Positions 51,699-63,766 of a DNA stretch of 64,000 nucleotides are shown here, in pieces. Each line of letters opens with the position of its first letter. The stretch's first letter is position 1. This stretch comes from Phoronis australis (Eukaryota > Animalia > Phoronida). Location: assembly GCA_002633005.1 (NCBI GenBank), contig NMRA01000015.1, positions 194,054 to 258,053 on the forward strand, given 5' to 3'. Made by a program: the position numbers and the translations under genes. The notes under the pieces are model-generated. The model was not told the DNA's origin. It was given only the letters and a program-made list of their open reading frames with translations, and searched no databases.

Positions 51699-52318
51699 AC
51701 CGAAACAAAACAAAATCACACCAAGTCACTTGCCATGAACTGATATATCCAAAAAACGTACCGAGAGTGGCGTAGATAAAGTAATATCCCACGAGACATT
51801 ATTCCGCGTATCGACCGAGACCGGAATAATGTCGAGTACACTTCCAATTCCTAAGTTTCTTTCACTTTTTTTGGCAGATTTTTTAAATACTTCACTCAGA
51901 CTGTTCACGAGGGGGATCGCATCCAATAAGTATGTACTTGCCCGTTAGGTTGCAAGTTTTCTCTACTAAAAGAAACAGATTTAAAGGCGAAGGCAACCTT
52001 TTTCCATGTCACTTTGAGCTAAAATAAGGTTGGTTGGTTATCCTAGACATATTTTTCACTTAATTACAGCTTTTCGTAATTTTATTAATTACTCGTCCGC
52101 TTTTCCGGAAGTGACGTTTTAGGAGGCAAGCGCTTCCCGCCACTTGGTTTTGCGTTGAGCTTACTGTGCGAATCTGTTCTATTCTACTTTTGTTTTGTGC
52201 TATTTTTCACCAATTGTCGCCACCACTTTCCATCGGCGAGTATTCTGCGGCAAGATAGGTTAGTAGAGAACTCAACTGCGTTGGATTTAGGGATTGTTTA
52301 GTGTGTTGTAAGCTGAAA

Positions 52319-52591
52319 ATGGCTGGAGTCGGTGACCCGTATCACAGTGACAGTAGTGTGAGTGACGGAGACCTTGTTCACAGCAGTGGTGACGAGGAAT
52401 TTTTTCACGGACATTCAGTGGGTGGGTACATGTTTGAGCCCGAGTACAACGAGGCAGAGTACACACAGGCACAGGCAGCTGTTGAGAGAAACGAGGCGGC
52501 TACTGAAGACAGACGTGGTGACACATCTTGGTGCAAATGCACTGTGTGCGTTGTTATGCCTACCTCAATTGAATGCTTGTGCTGTTCCGAG
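52319..52591 (+). pseudogene. KolX-like / P2X7 cytoplasmic-ballast-like Cys-rich protein, 3'-truncated
   Basis: MAGVGD...acidic...GYMFEPEY...RRGDTSWCKCTVCVVMPTSIECLCCSE: WCxCxxC...ExLCC motif; then runs into antisense transposase sequence. Confidence 0.75.
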
Positions 52592-53661
52592 TTCCACATC
52601 AATTATCTTTTTGGTCTCTTCCTCCATTAGAGTGTATGTGGTATACTTGGCGGACCGCCCTGGTGAGTCAGACAAGTTCTCCTTCTCCATGAATTCCGCC
52701 ACCAACTCGAGATGTTGTGACATGTATGCGTCATTGACAACTGGTATTAAATAGGAATTCTGAATGTTGTTGAATGTTGTTTTCGAAAAAAAACTTGACT
52801 TTTCCAAAGTCCATCATTGTCTTCACCGACTGAAACGTGTTTCCAGTGAAGAGCACACCACTGGACATGGTTAAGTGGACCTCCGGCATACCACGGACAG
52901 AGGAACAACTGTCCCACTTGCCAGAGTGTCCCGTGACACACTCCCACTGGATGGTGACCTGAGCACCCAAACTGCTTACATTGTGTCGTGTGACTCCCTC
53001 GCCACACACCTGGCACCTTCTAAATAGCTCCAACACTTTAGACAAGTCCACAATAAACTTATCAAAGTTTGGCTCACCGATCTGTTCACTGGACGACGAA
53101 CTGTCCTCTTCACTGGGTGTCGAACTGGGCCTGTAATCACTCCCACTACTCAATATCGCTGCAGGGCTGCTTAGAGGCTCTGGGCTGGAGAAAACAGCAC
53201 AGGGCGAATCACTACTGGTTCCAGGAATTGCACGCTCTGGGGTACGTTCGGAGGCACGGGTGACAGTAGATGAAGTGCCTCCACTGGCTCCAGTCACTGT
53301 ACTGGCCACAGCTCGCGAGGCTTCTCGCTTCAAAAACGCACTTCTCGGGGGTGGCGACGGGGCACTGCCGGGAATCAACACAGACGGAATGGCATCCTTC
53401 TTCAGGCGTTGTTTCGCAGGGACCTTCATCAGTTCAGCGTACAAATCCCTTTCGTAATCGGACGGCAGAAAGTGCTTGCCACACACACGGTTAATTCTCC
53501 ACTGCTTTGTACGTTGCGTGGACGGGTAACGCTGCGTTCTTCACACGAACGAGCCAAGTACGGCGAAGTGTGTCATCCATCGGAAAGCGATGCAAAGGTA
53601 CTCCCAAAGCGCGCGTGAGCCGATAATTAGTACATCCTGGTACGCAGCAACAGTGTGGCAT
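52590..53661 (-). pseudogene. Kolobok transposase N-terminal half: THAP domain, CxxC/CxxxH finger, start of the DDE domain; 2 frameshifts, truncated
   Basis: MPHCCCVPGC..LHRFP..W..RVCGKHF..LKKDAIPS (THAP); CQVC..C.TGH..W; DSPGRSAKYTTYTLM..KIID. Frameshifts near 53491 and in the A-run near 52790. Confidence 0.88.
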
Positions 53662-55115
53662 GTTGACTGACTAGTAAATGAAAGCAAACGACGACGGAAC
53701 TTAACACAACCGAGGTAGAACAATGACTGACTCGGCAGCTCTCACAGTCAGACTATATGAAAACCAAGTGGCGGGAAATGCTTGCCTCCTAAAACGTCAC
53801 TTCCGGAGTAGCGGACGAGTAATTAATAAAATTACGAAAAGCTGTAATTAAGTGGAAAATATGTCTAGGATAACCAATCAACCTTATTTTAGCTCAAAAT
53901 GACATGGAAAAAGGTTGCCTTCGCCTTTAAACGTAACGATTTATTACTTGAAAAAAAGTAACAAAGGTGAAAACAATGGTAACTGTGTATTGAACTTGTA
54001 ACATCTCTTGAAAATAGTTAAATAACAACATTTGATATTCTAGTTAACGAGGAATCAGAGCCCGAGTTGCAGATATACTATTTAGCTATTGAAAACTGAG
54101 ACAGAACTGTCATATATTAATTAACAGTCCTGTTCCAGATGTTACGATTGGGACCTGATTGTATGTTGAGCGTTATTTGCACTGCTGCAATTGTATATTA
54201 TTTTGAATAATCGAAAAGTTTGATGATCGAACCGGCTAACGACGTCGAGTAGACATTGACCTATCTTTTGAACTTTCCACGTCTGAGGTCACTGTTGAAG
54301 TAGTGCGGGAGGTGAATACGCAAAACAATATTACATGGCAGTATTGCACACGACTGATTCAACGCGTATGGGATAAAACTGATAGATGTTTGATAATGAT
54401 ATTATCGATAAAACATGTTCGATATTGATTGCTTAACATTTTGGAACAATTGATTAATTGTATTTGGCAGTGAATACTGCGTATTGATATTACTGATAAA
54501 ATAGGTTTGATAATGAATACTGTGTAGTGATGTTGCTGGTAAAATGTGTTTGACAAACTAAATATATATGTTATGGATACAATGCATTTTATAGTTACCT
54601 AATGATAAAAATGTAACTTTAACAAAAATATCATGTATTGATATTATTGAAAAATTTTGACACTGAATACTGTACATTCATCATTGTGTTGCCGTGAATT
54701 TGTAACAATTGCTTGAATGCAGTTTTAAACAAGAATGGAAGTGAAGACTAGAAGAGTGGCGTACAGGACGACCCTGGCACTAGATATTGATTGACAAACC
54801 GTTCTGCTACATGCACTAATGAACAACCATAACATTAAATAAACTGAAAACATTAAACTATCAATAACAATTCAAAATGAATAGACCGACACAGGGGTGA
54901 TAACGGGGTGCTTATCAAGGGCTGCACAAGTAACACAGGACACAAATTAGAAAACTGTCTAATTCGTCATCTTGTCTAATAGAACACAGGTCACCACGTG
55001 ACAATGTTGAATATAAAAACGATAATAAAAAGAAGTCACGACATACTGTACAAACCCAACATCTAAAAATAGCTCAACTTAGGAATTTATCACTCATACA
55101 GGTGAGATACACATA

Positions 55116-58020
55116 CATATAAGGCGATATTTTTTCAAATGAGACAATATTATTTAGTCTCAAAGTGTGCGGATTGGTTCCGCACTTTTTTAATATCCAC
55201 TTAGGGCCATAAAAATGGTATGTAAAAAATCTATACCTTACCCTAAACATGTTTACAATGTTACATTTTTATTTGCTCAATTAGCATTTTCTTAATTAGA
55301 AGTTCAATTTTTGCCTTGCGGAATATTCCGCATTGATTTTTGAAAATAAATTATTATTTTGATTATTATTCCACAAAATATACATAATATTTCTCAAGTC
55401 ACAGTATTCCACAAAACTTGCGCGGTGCGTAATATTCCGCACTGAGTGCGGAATATTCCGCAAAATCTGCGGAATATTCCGCACATTTGCAGAACCTTAA
55501 CACAAGCCACGAAATAATCGAATCTTAATGCGGAACAAGCATTAAACATAAAACTATCAGAATTTTTACCCCAACAATAGTTAATTAATAAAAGTGACAG
55601 TTGCGGAACCGTTCGGCATGCGGAACCATTCTGCATAGGGAGCGATTTCCCAAACAAAATGGTTTTATGGGGTATTTGTTTTCACCAACCATCTTAAAAT
55701 GCATTCCATTATCAATGCCACTTGAAAGTATCGATGTGACAATCCTAACAGTAATTAGTTGATCAATGTGACAGTTGTGGAACCGTTCCGCATGCGGAAC
55801 CGTTCCGCAAACAATACTTTTGTGATCCTCACAAGTTTTAAAAAATTTTTCTTGCACATTTCAGTTGAAATATACTCTATTCTCAATAGCATATGGAAAT
55901 ATCAATGCGTCAACATGAACAATGATTAATCAGTGGGGAACTTGCTGAATGGTTTGTGATGCAGAAACCTACCTCAAGCAGACTCGAGAAAAATTGAAAT
56001 CTTGTCTATGCCATTTTACCGCTTTTGGCAGAACCTTAACACAAGCCATGAAATACTCAAATCTTAACGTACAACAAGCATTAAACATAAAAGTAACAGA
56101 ATTTCTACCCTAACAATAATTAATTAATAAAAGTGACAGTTGCGGAACATTTCTGCAAGCGGAACCGTTCCGCAAACTATAGTTTTGTGGAGCTCATAAT
56201 TTTTTAAACTTCTTACACATTAAGGTTGAAATATATTCTATTCTCAATAACACGTGAAAATATCAATGTGTCATCATGAGCAATAATTAATCAGTGAGGA
56301 ACTTGCTGAATGGTTTTTGATGCAAAAACCTACCCCTAGCAGACTCAGGGAAAAATTGATATCTTGTCTATGCCATTTTACCGCTTTTGGTAGAATGTTA
56401 ATACAAGATACGGAATATTCAAATGTTAATGTGCAACAAGTATGAAACATAAATGTATAAGAATTTGTACCGTAACAATAATTAACTAATAAACGGAACA
56501 CTCGCGGAACCGTTTCGCAGTATGTCAATTTTATATTGCAACGGCTTCAATAATATTTCCCGGTTAAATGGTTTTCTTACATCAGTGTTAGAGCACATTT
56601 TTCCATGATTTTTGGGTACCTCAGAATTGAGCATTTTGGCTTCTATGCAAAAATTTAATCGGAAAAAAAAACAATTTTTTTAAATTTTTTTCTTTAATGT
56701 CCTGTGTATGTGCAATGACATGAGCAAAAAAAGTAGGGTTCCCGAATTAGTGTTCAAGCTACAGGTATCTTAGCTCAAACAGAAAATTCACTTTCTCAAA
56801 AATATGCCAAATTTCACAACTACAGCATTGATTCACCACATGATGATTTTGCCCTATTGATGGGAATGTGAAAAACGTTTAAGTTAAAGGGAATAAACTA
56901 ACGAAACAAATTTCATCGTAAATGAATTAAAATTTGCTGGTGTACAACGAATTAAGATCCACACATGTATAGTGTCTACTCACTCACTCTCTCTTACACA
57001 CACATAATTTAAAAATGGTGATAACAAAGATAATAAAAATACCAATAATAATAACACCAATAATAATAACACCTAGTAATTCTGATATTACTAATAGTAA
57101 TTAAAACAATAAAAATATGTAGTAACTTCTGCTATTATTACTATTTAAATGGCAGAGAAAACTGAGACCGTTGGGCTCTGGAAATGAAAAAATGTTACAC
57201 CCCTATGGATATGGAATTGTGTGGTGTTCAAAAGGCGTGGGTAATGAGCTTCGATTTTTAAAAGAATTTCGACAGCGTTGTATAGATACAGAAAATCAAA
57301 TGTGGCAAGAAGCTGTGAATTAGATACATAGCAATTTTTCAAATTCCATCTTAAAAAGGAAAATATTAGACATAGAGAAACCGTGTATGAGGTCTCCACT
57401 GGTGCATATTTGATGCACATATAATTCGCTGATGATAAAATGATAGAGCTGGGACAACAGTTTGAATGCTGACAGAAGTTAAACTTCGTTCAAGTTGTGA
57501 CATTCGAAAAATTGAAAACAAGTACCTGACTTTTTAATTGTGTCCCCAGGCCTTAGAATTAGTTTTAAGATTCCAGTTGTCTCTTGAGAACTGTCCATAT
57601 ATTTTTCAAAAGTTATGCAAGCAAATGAAGAGATGTAAGTGAAAAGAAATGTTGTGAAGTTCATGTTTTTGCTAATAAGTGAAAATTGTCTGGTACTAAA
57701 CGATGATATAATGATATGATACGTAATATTCCGCAAAATCTGCGGAATATTCTGCACATTTGCGGAATATTCCGCAGATTTTGCGGAATATTCCGCACTG
57801 AGTGCGGAATATTCCGCAAGGCAAAAATTGAACTTCTAATTAAGAAAATGCTAATTGAGGAAATAAAAATGTAACATTGTAAACATGTTTAGGGTAAGGT
57901 ATAGATTTGTTACATACCATTTTTTATGGCCCTAAGTGGATATTAAAAAAGTGCGGAACCGTTCCGCACACTTTGAGACTAAATAATATTGTCTCATTTG
58001 AAAAAATATCGCCTTATATG
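55116..58020. mobile_element. 2.9-kb non-autonomous foldback-type DNA element with ~217-bp TIRs and arrays of GCGGAA-N-TTCCGC palindromes
   Basis: CATATAAGGCGATATTTTTTCAAATGAGAC... matches inverted at ~57804-58020; internal subrepeats at ~55480-56520; no clean TSD. Confidence 0.85.
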
Positions 58021-58193
58021 CAATAGTCTTAATGGAAAAGAAAATTCTTTTTGAATTGAGGCTAAATTCTCAAAAGCCTGTTTCTGAGTTCCACTTTATT
58101 TGTTAAGTTTCATCAGAAAAACAAGAGTAATGCAAAGGATGAATATGAGCCCACAATGCGGTGAAAACAGAATATTTCTAAGTGTGCTTAACA

Positions 58194-59087
58194 CCCGGGT
58201 AAGAATTTTACACGTTTGACACGCTTTTGAGCACTTATGAAGTATGGTTTTCGAGTGTGGTGTAGCTCTAACAGAAGTTTGGTATGTATGCACTCTGATT
58301 GACAGTGGCTTGACAAACTTTTCTTACAACTAGTCCTTCTTTTAACAGGTAAGTTTGATTGTAACAGAAAACAAGAGTCAGTAGAAACTGTTGACTATGC
58401 AGGTAATATATGAAATTGGAACGCCTCTCATGTTCAGTAGTTTATCAATTCATAATCATTGTTATAGGATTAACTCACATTTAGTTTCAGCTTAAATGAG
58501 GATAAGACATTGTGTGCCGAGGTTTGGGCTGCAAAATCAACATGAACTCAGTGTTATGACAAATGTTGAATCACTCTTGGTAATTCAAAAATGTTACAAA
58601 CTGCGTCTTTCTTTACTTCATAAACTGTCTTCAAGCAATGACTCAAAAGCTAACTTGTACACATATATATAGCAGCTTAAGCACTTCAAACTTGTATGTT
58701 GAACCATTTTCTTATTTCGGTGTTAATGTTATTCTAGATGTAATGAAATTTAGTGACAACTGTATGTGGTAAGAAATGGATAGTTACATTATCCTTTTAA
58801 AGATTCTAAATCATGATCACATTTTGGAGTATTGGAACAAAAATGACACCTTTTTGCCATGTTTTAGCACGCCGCGTTCAACACACTATCGCCACCTTTT
58901 ACACACTTATTGCCACGCTTGACACGGTAAGTGTGTCAAACATGGAGTATTGGAACGAAAATTACACGCTTTTGACGCATTCTTGACACGTTTGACACGC
59001 CGCGTTTTACACGTTTGACACGCTTTTAAGGCGTTCCAATACTCCACATTTTTAGAGCGTGTCAAACGTGTCAAATTTTCACCCGGG
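58194..59087. mobile_element. Non-autonomous element with CCCGGG termini and 2-bp TSD (CA), EnSpm/CACTA-like
   Basis: CA|CCCGGGTAAGAATTTTACACGTTTGACACGCT ... AGCGTGTCAAACGTGTCAAATTTTCACCCGGG|CA; TTGACACG subterminal repeats. Confidence 0.7.
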
Positions 59088-59631
59088 CAGCTTCATATAA
59101 GCTACAAGCTGACAACAATTTGGCCACATGAGGGAGCTGCAATGGTAAAAAATTACACAAACGTGTTGATACATCACCATTTAGACTAAACCAAATCACG
59201 AGAGCAACATGTCCCCAAAATTTCATGAACATCCACTAAAGGATTTTGGAGATACAGCATTGGATGCTGGATGGGGATGACAGCATAAATGCACCCACAC
59301 ATATTTAATAAAATAAATCACTGAAGCATGACCACTGAGCAGGTACATCATCCCATCTGTCACAAGTGCTCGCAGATTAATGACAGGAGACTATGAGATA
59401 AAGTATAAATAATGAAGAGAAGCGCTTTGACATCAATTGAAATGCAAAGCCGTGACTGTGGAAGGCACAAAGACTACTTTTTGTCAAAAGCGTGAAGTAG
59501 ACTCCAAACGCAGAGCAACGTACTAATACACAAAGTTCTTGAGTGTCACAGGAATAAATCCACCCTAACAAAGTGCACTAGCGATAGAAAGGAATAGAGA
59601 TTGTTGGAGGCAACTTGTGCAAAGCTAGACC

Positions 59632-60681
59632 ATGGAAAATATAACAGGTTTAGAGAAGTATGAAATGACGACTCAAGGTAAACTGAATACGAGTTCCTAT
59701 CAATCCTTGAGTTTAACAGAAGTGAAAGTGCTATTAGCCTTGAAAGTGATTCTTATAACTTGCATACTGATTCTTAATGGATTCGTGCTGGTCGTCTACT
59801 GCAAGTTTAAAAAAATCCGTATCCAACCACACAATGTGTTCATAATAGCATTGACAATAACGGATTTTGTGACAGGCCTTATCACCATACCAATGGATAT
59901 CTTCAAGAACATATCGCCAGACTTCCTTCACCCTAGTGCACCAATACCGTGGTATTACACAAATAAGGAACTTTGTCTGTTTAGCCTGTTTTCGGTTATC
60001 CAACCACTTCAGTGGTCTGCCACCACTCTAGTTATAATCGCTATCGATCGTTGCATTGCCACATTCTTGCCTCTCAAGTATTACACACTGATGACACGCC
60101 CACGTGCTGCAGCTGCCATAATGATAGGTTGGGTTGTGTCATCAATCCCGCTATATGTTGCCATAACTATGGCCAACTTAACACACGACCCTCGGCAGAG
60201 ATGCACCACAGGAGGTCAGTTTCATCCGGACTTGGAGATGGCCATAGTGTATGTGTGGAGTGCCATCCCAGTAGGCATTAGCTTTATCATCTACATCGTC
60301 ATCTGGATAAGGCAGTGCCACAGTTTAAAGCACGTGGAGAACCAGAGAAAACAGACGTTAACAATGGCAGTGGTCATCGTGGCATTCACCGTCTGTCTCC
60401 TACCCTTGTTTGTGGCAATACACCGACCACCCTCAATTTCTAGAAGAGGCTGGCTTATCTTTGTCAATGTCGCCATTTACCTGGCTCACTTCAACAGTTG
60501 CTTGAACCCTCTCATCTACAATGCATTCAACCCAAGATTTCGCAAATGTTCTAGAAAGATTGTGTGCAGTTGGCGGCACCAGGGAAAGCATGTGATAACA
60601 AAGGTCAGCGACAATGGGGTTGACGAAAAGCCCGAGTTAGGCAATTCAACAGAAACAGCGATGAGTAATCCAAAATGTTGA
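59632..60681 (+). CDS. Intronless class A (rhodopsin-like) orphan GPCR, 349 aa
   Basis: Seven hydrophobic segments; N-glycosylation sequons at the N-terminus; LN in TM1, LxxxD in TM2, C3.25, IAIDRC, W4.50, FxxCLLP, NSCLNPLIY..F..RFR. Confidence 0.95.
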   Translation: MENITGLEKYEMTTQGKLNTSSYQSLSLTEVKVLLALKVILITCILILNGFVLVVYCKFKKIRIQPHNVFIIALTITDFVTGLITIPMDIFKNISPDFLHPSAPIPWYYTNKELCLFSLFSVIQPLQWSATTLVIIAIDRCIATFLPLKYYTLMTRPRAAAAIMIGWVVSSIPLYVAITMANLTHDPRQRCTTGGQFHPDLEMAIVYVWSAIPVGISFIIYIVIWIRQCHSLKHVENQRKQTLTMAVVIVAFTVCLLPLFVAIHRPPSISRRGWLIFVNVAIYLAHFNSCLNPLIYNAFNPRFRKCSRKIVCSWRHQGKHVITKVSDNGVDEKPELGNSTETAMSNPKC

Positions 60682-61099
60682 AAAGCTTTCATGGATGTAG
60701 CCATGGTCCAACAGACCATAGTATTTGTTAACGGATATTTCAGCGAATTGGGAGATGCTGACAAAGGACAAATTATAAGACACAATATTGTAGACCAAGT
60801 GTAACACGCTTCATGATAATTGATTTATTTGATCAATGGGTAAAGGGTAAAAATTCTCTAATTTGAGAAGTTTCTATAATTTAAACTGAAATTTCTTGAT
60901 TCTTAACAGTAGGACATGGGTGATTTGGACACTGCATTTTGTATCAACAAAATCTGAAAATACTCAGCAGTTCATAAACTTGTTAAAAACAGTTGGCGTA
61001 GCAGTGCTGACATGCATCCCCAAAGTGCGCAACATATGGTGGATATTCTTTGTCATTGACCACAATTCTTCAATTTGGGATGGCCAATATTGAGACCTA

Positions 61100-62526
61100 C
61101 CGTTTTCGATCTAATAAGCGCCCATACCCCTATAGGCGCCCTCCCAAGCATTTTCAGACTTCGTTAAAATAAGCGCCCAGTCCATGAACGCCGTGTACAT
61201 GTGAAAAATGCCTTACCTACAGTTCTAAAATTCTACAGTAACGGATTCAATTTATCAATAAGATCCTACAGTCCTGAAAAAATCATTGTGCGCGGAATTT
61301 GTAGACCACGAGCCTCCCCGCTATGTCGGTATTTAGCGGTGACTATGCACTTCAAACTTCCGCCGTGCTTCAAAAAGAATGCAAAGGTTTTGCTGATCTT
61401 ACGAGGGACTTGTCCTAATATGGTCTGGCCTTTCAGAACACACTCAGTGTACTTGTCAAAGGGATTGTATTATATCTTTCCCGTACAGATCTTCAGGAAT
61501 CCAAATTTCTTTGTATACATGGAAACCACGAATCGAAGACTAATAAAAACTTGACCTTTGTTAAAAGCACGTGGTCAGGAAGCGCACACTACATACAAGT
61601 ACATGTCATCGAAGATTAGTCTTCAGGAACTATCAATTCATGAAACGAGTAGCATAGCATTGGCAAGAAATAAATACTGGCACTTTATTTTAAGTTTTTA
61701 ATAACTGTAAAAAACATTAGCGTAATTTTTAGGAGGAATTATTAAATTAATCGTAACTGGTGTTTTTAAAGTTAAAATAACCCATCGATAGTGAACACTT
61801 TCGCTGTCCCAAAAAATAACTGTTAGGACTGTCATGCATCCAGTCACCCGGCAACTCAATATCGGCCTTACTGAGCCAATTCTTGAACGTTTTTTAGCAG
61901 ATGTGATCAACAAGTGCTAAATAAAACACGTTCTGCTTTACTGCTTGGGTTAATTTTTTTAGTTGCACAGCATCTAGATTGTTACATCGCGTTTACTCTG
62001 GCAAATGAAATCTGATGACATGCACGCGCTCGCTCACTCACACAATACCAGATAAAATTCAAAACAAACGTCATGTGACTACAACATTGTGTGTTCGTCC
62101 AGAGATTTTTCTGTTGCGAAGTACGTTCCAGCGCGGATTTCGACTTAATGTGCAGTTAATCCAGACTCCAAAGGAACTTAAAAATCTTAGGGACGCTATT
62201 TTGAAAACTTAAGGACTTCAGGTAACTTAACGAGTTGAAACTACATTTTTATTCAAGAATTCAAGTTGACCTATCAGTGATTGCGAGACAGCGACACATG
62301 AAAAATGCTCGTAATTTAACAACAAAGTTTGATAGCAATGCACTGCAATTTTGTAGAAACTGTCATAGATTACAGATGCGTCACAGAGCGTAAATTTGAT
62401 GAATTCTAGCTTACGATTTCATCTGTTTTGGAGACGGGGTTTCAAATACTTTGGGCTATAATAAGCGCTCCCCTTCCTGAAGCGAATTTTTCTAAGCACC
62501 CTGGGCGGTTATCAGAGCGAATATGG
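61100..62526. mobile_element. Tc1/mariner (pogo/Tigger-like) non-autonomous element with TA TSD
   Basis: TA|CCGTTTTCGATCTAATAAGCGCCC ... GGGCGGTTATCAGAGCGAATATGG|TA; repeated ATAAGCGC motifs. Confidence 0.65.
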
Positions 62527-63766
62527 TACTTCTAAAACTTTGACCTCAGGCCTAAATAAAAATTAAGTTAAGTTTGTTCACCGTGTCTGACTAAAACATT
62601 TCGTCAGTAATATGAGAAAAGGTTTATCCTAAAAATGAATATGCTACAGCAAAGAAGCGGATCAAATTATGAAAAGTGGATAGACCAACCATTTCAACAA
62701 TCACCACAGACATAATGTTGAATCGCTCATATTACCATATTACTTATGCATTGCCTCAAATTAAACAAAGTATATTTTATTAATTTTATTTGAGCCAAGA
62801 CAGTAATCGTACTTTTCTACCATGTGTTCTTTGGTGCCTTCAAAGGAGTTTACCACATGGCTTGACACCTGACTGTGACTTCTTATAAATTTCATTTTAA
62901 AGCATCCATACTCGAATTAATGCCCAACTCCTGGTTTTTTAGTTCCCAAGTTTAAGGGCAATACAATATCAATCATCAAATAATTTTTTTCACATGCCAT
63001 AACAAAGTGATATTGACCCTGGCTCTGCCCAATGTCATTACATCATTTTTGATGTCTTAAGGTTACATCGGACCTAATACCAGGTCTGCGTATTTCTAGT
63101 AATCCTGCAATTACTTAGCACACAATATGGCTGACAAGGGAAAGTCTATAGAGTCAAATTTCTCCACAAAAATAAAGATTAAGAAAACTTTGGTCTATTG
63201 CCAGCACGGTTTGTACTATGTAGATGTCATTAACAACTTTTCATAAATTTTCCATTATCTAAAGAAAAGTTATCAGACTTTCAAAATTGGAAAATGACAA
63301 TTTTGACAATTATTTCTGTGCAAAATCTGAGTGTAGAATTGCTGTAGCCACAGTTTTATTTGTGATCTTTTACCAATCTTTAATTATTAATTAGGTAAGA
63401 CTATGCATATTACTTGGTTCTATTTAAGTGATGAAAAATATTGAGTAAAGATGGATGGCGCACCCTGGTGGTGAGGCAAGCCTGTGAGATATGGACTAAG
63501 TGGCTGTTTACTTACCACGTCAAGGCACACAGTTTTTTGGTTCAAAAAGAGATCTTTAATAAATATTTTTCATTAATTAGGTAATGTATAATCATTAATA
63601 AGTTAATCTTACCGTATTTTTCATAAAAACTTAGCAAAAAGGTACATTGGCAGTAAAACATCAATAACTCTTGTACTTGTCAAATGTGTAACTTAAATGA
63701 AACAGAAGGCCTGTACTCTGATTTAAAAATAATGTACCGTCTTTCAGACTGCATTATGTTCATTAT

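Larger units (their letters stand above)
51985..53926. mobile_element. Kolobok-superfamily DNA transposon, internally deleted (1942 bp)
   Basis: TTAA at 51981-51984 and 53927-53930; AG...CT termini; 167-bp TIRs (51985-52151 / 53760-53926, 7 mismatches by eye); THAP transposase plus a convergent Cys-rich ORF. Confidence 0.9.

Noticed and set aside
51985-53926. piggyBac or P-element assignment
   Set aside because: TTAA TSD fits piggyBac, but the ends are AG..CT rather than CC..GG, and the DSPGxSAKY motif with a convergent Cys-rich ORF fits Kolobok; P elements make ~8-bp TSDs.
58340-58356. Strong donor CAG|GTAAGT as a 5' UTR exon for the GPCR
   Set aside because: It lies inside the 58194-59087 transposon and there is no good polypyrimidine acceptor before the GPCR ATG; unsupported without RNA data.
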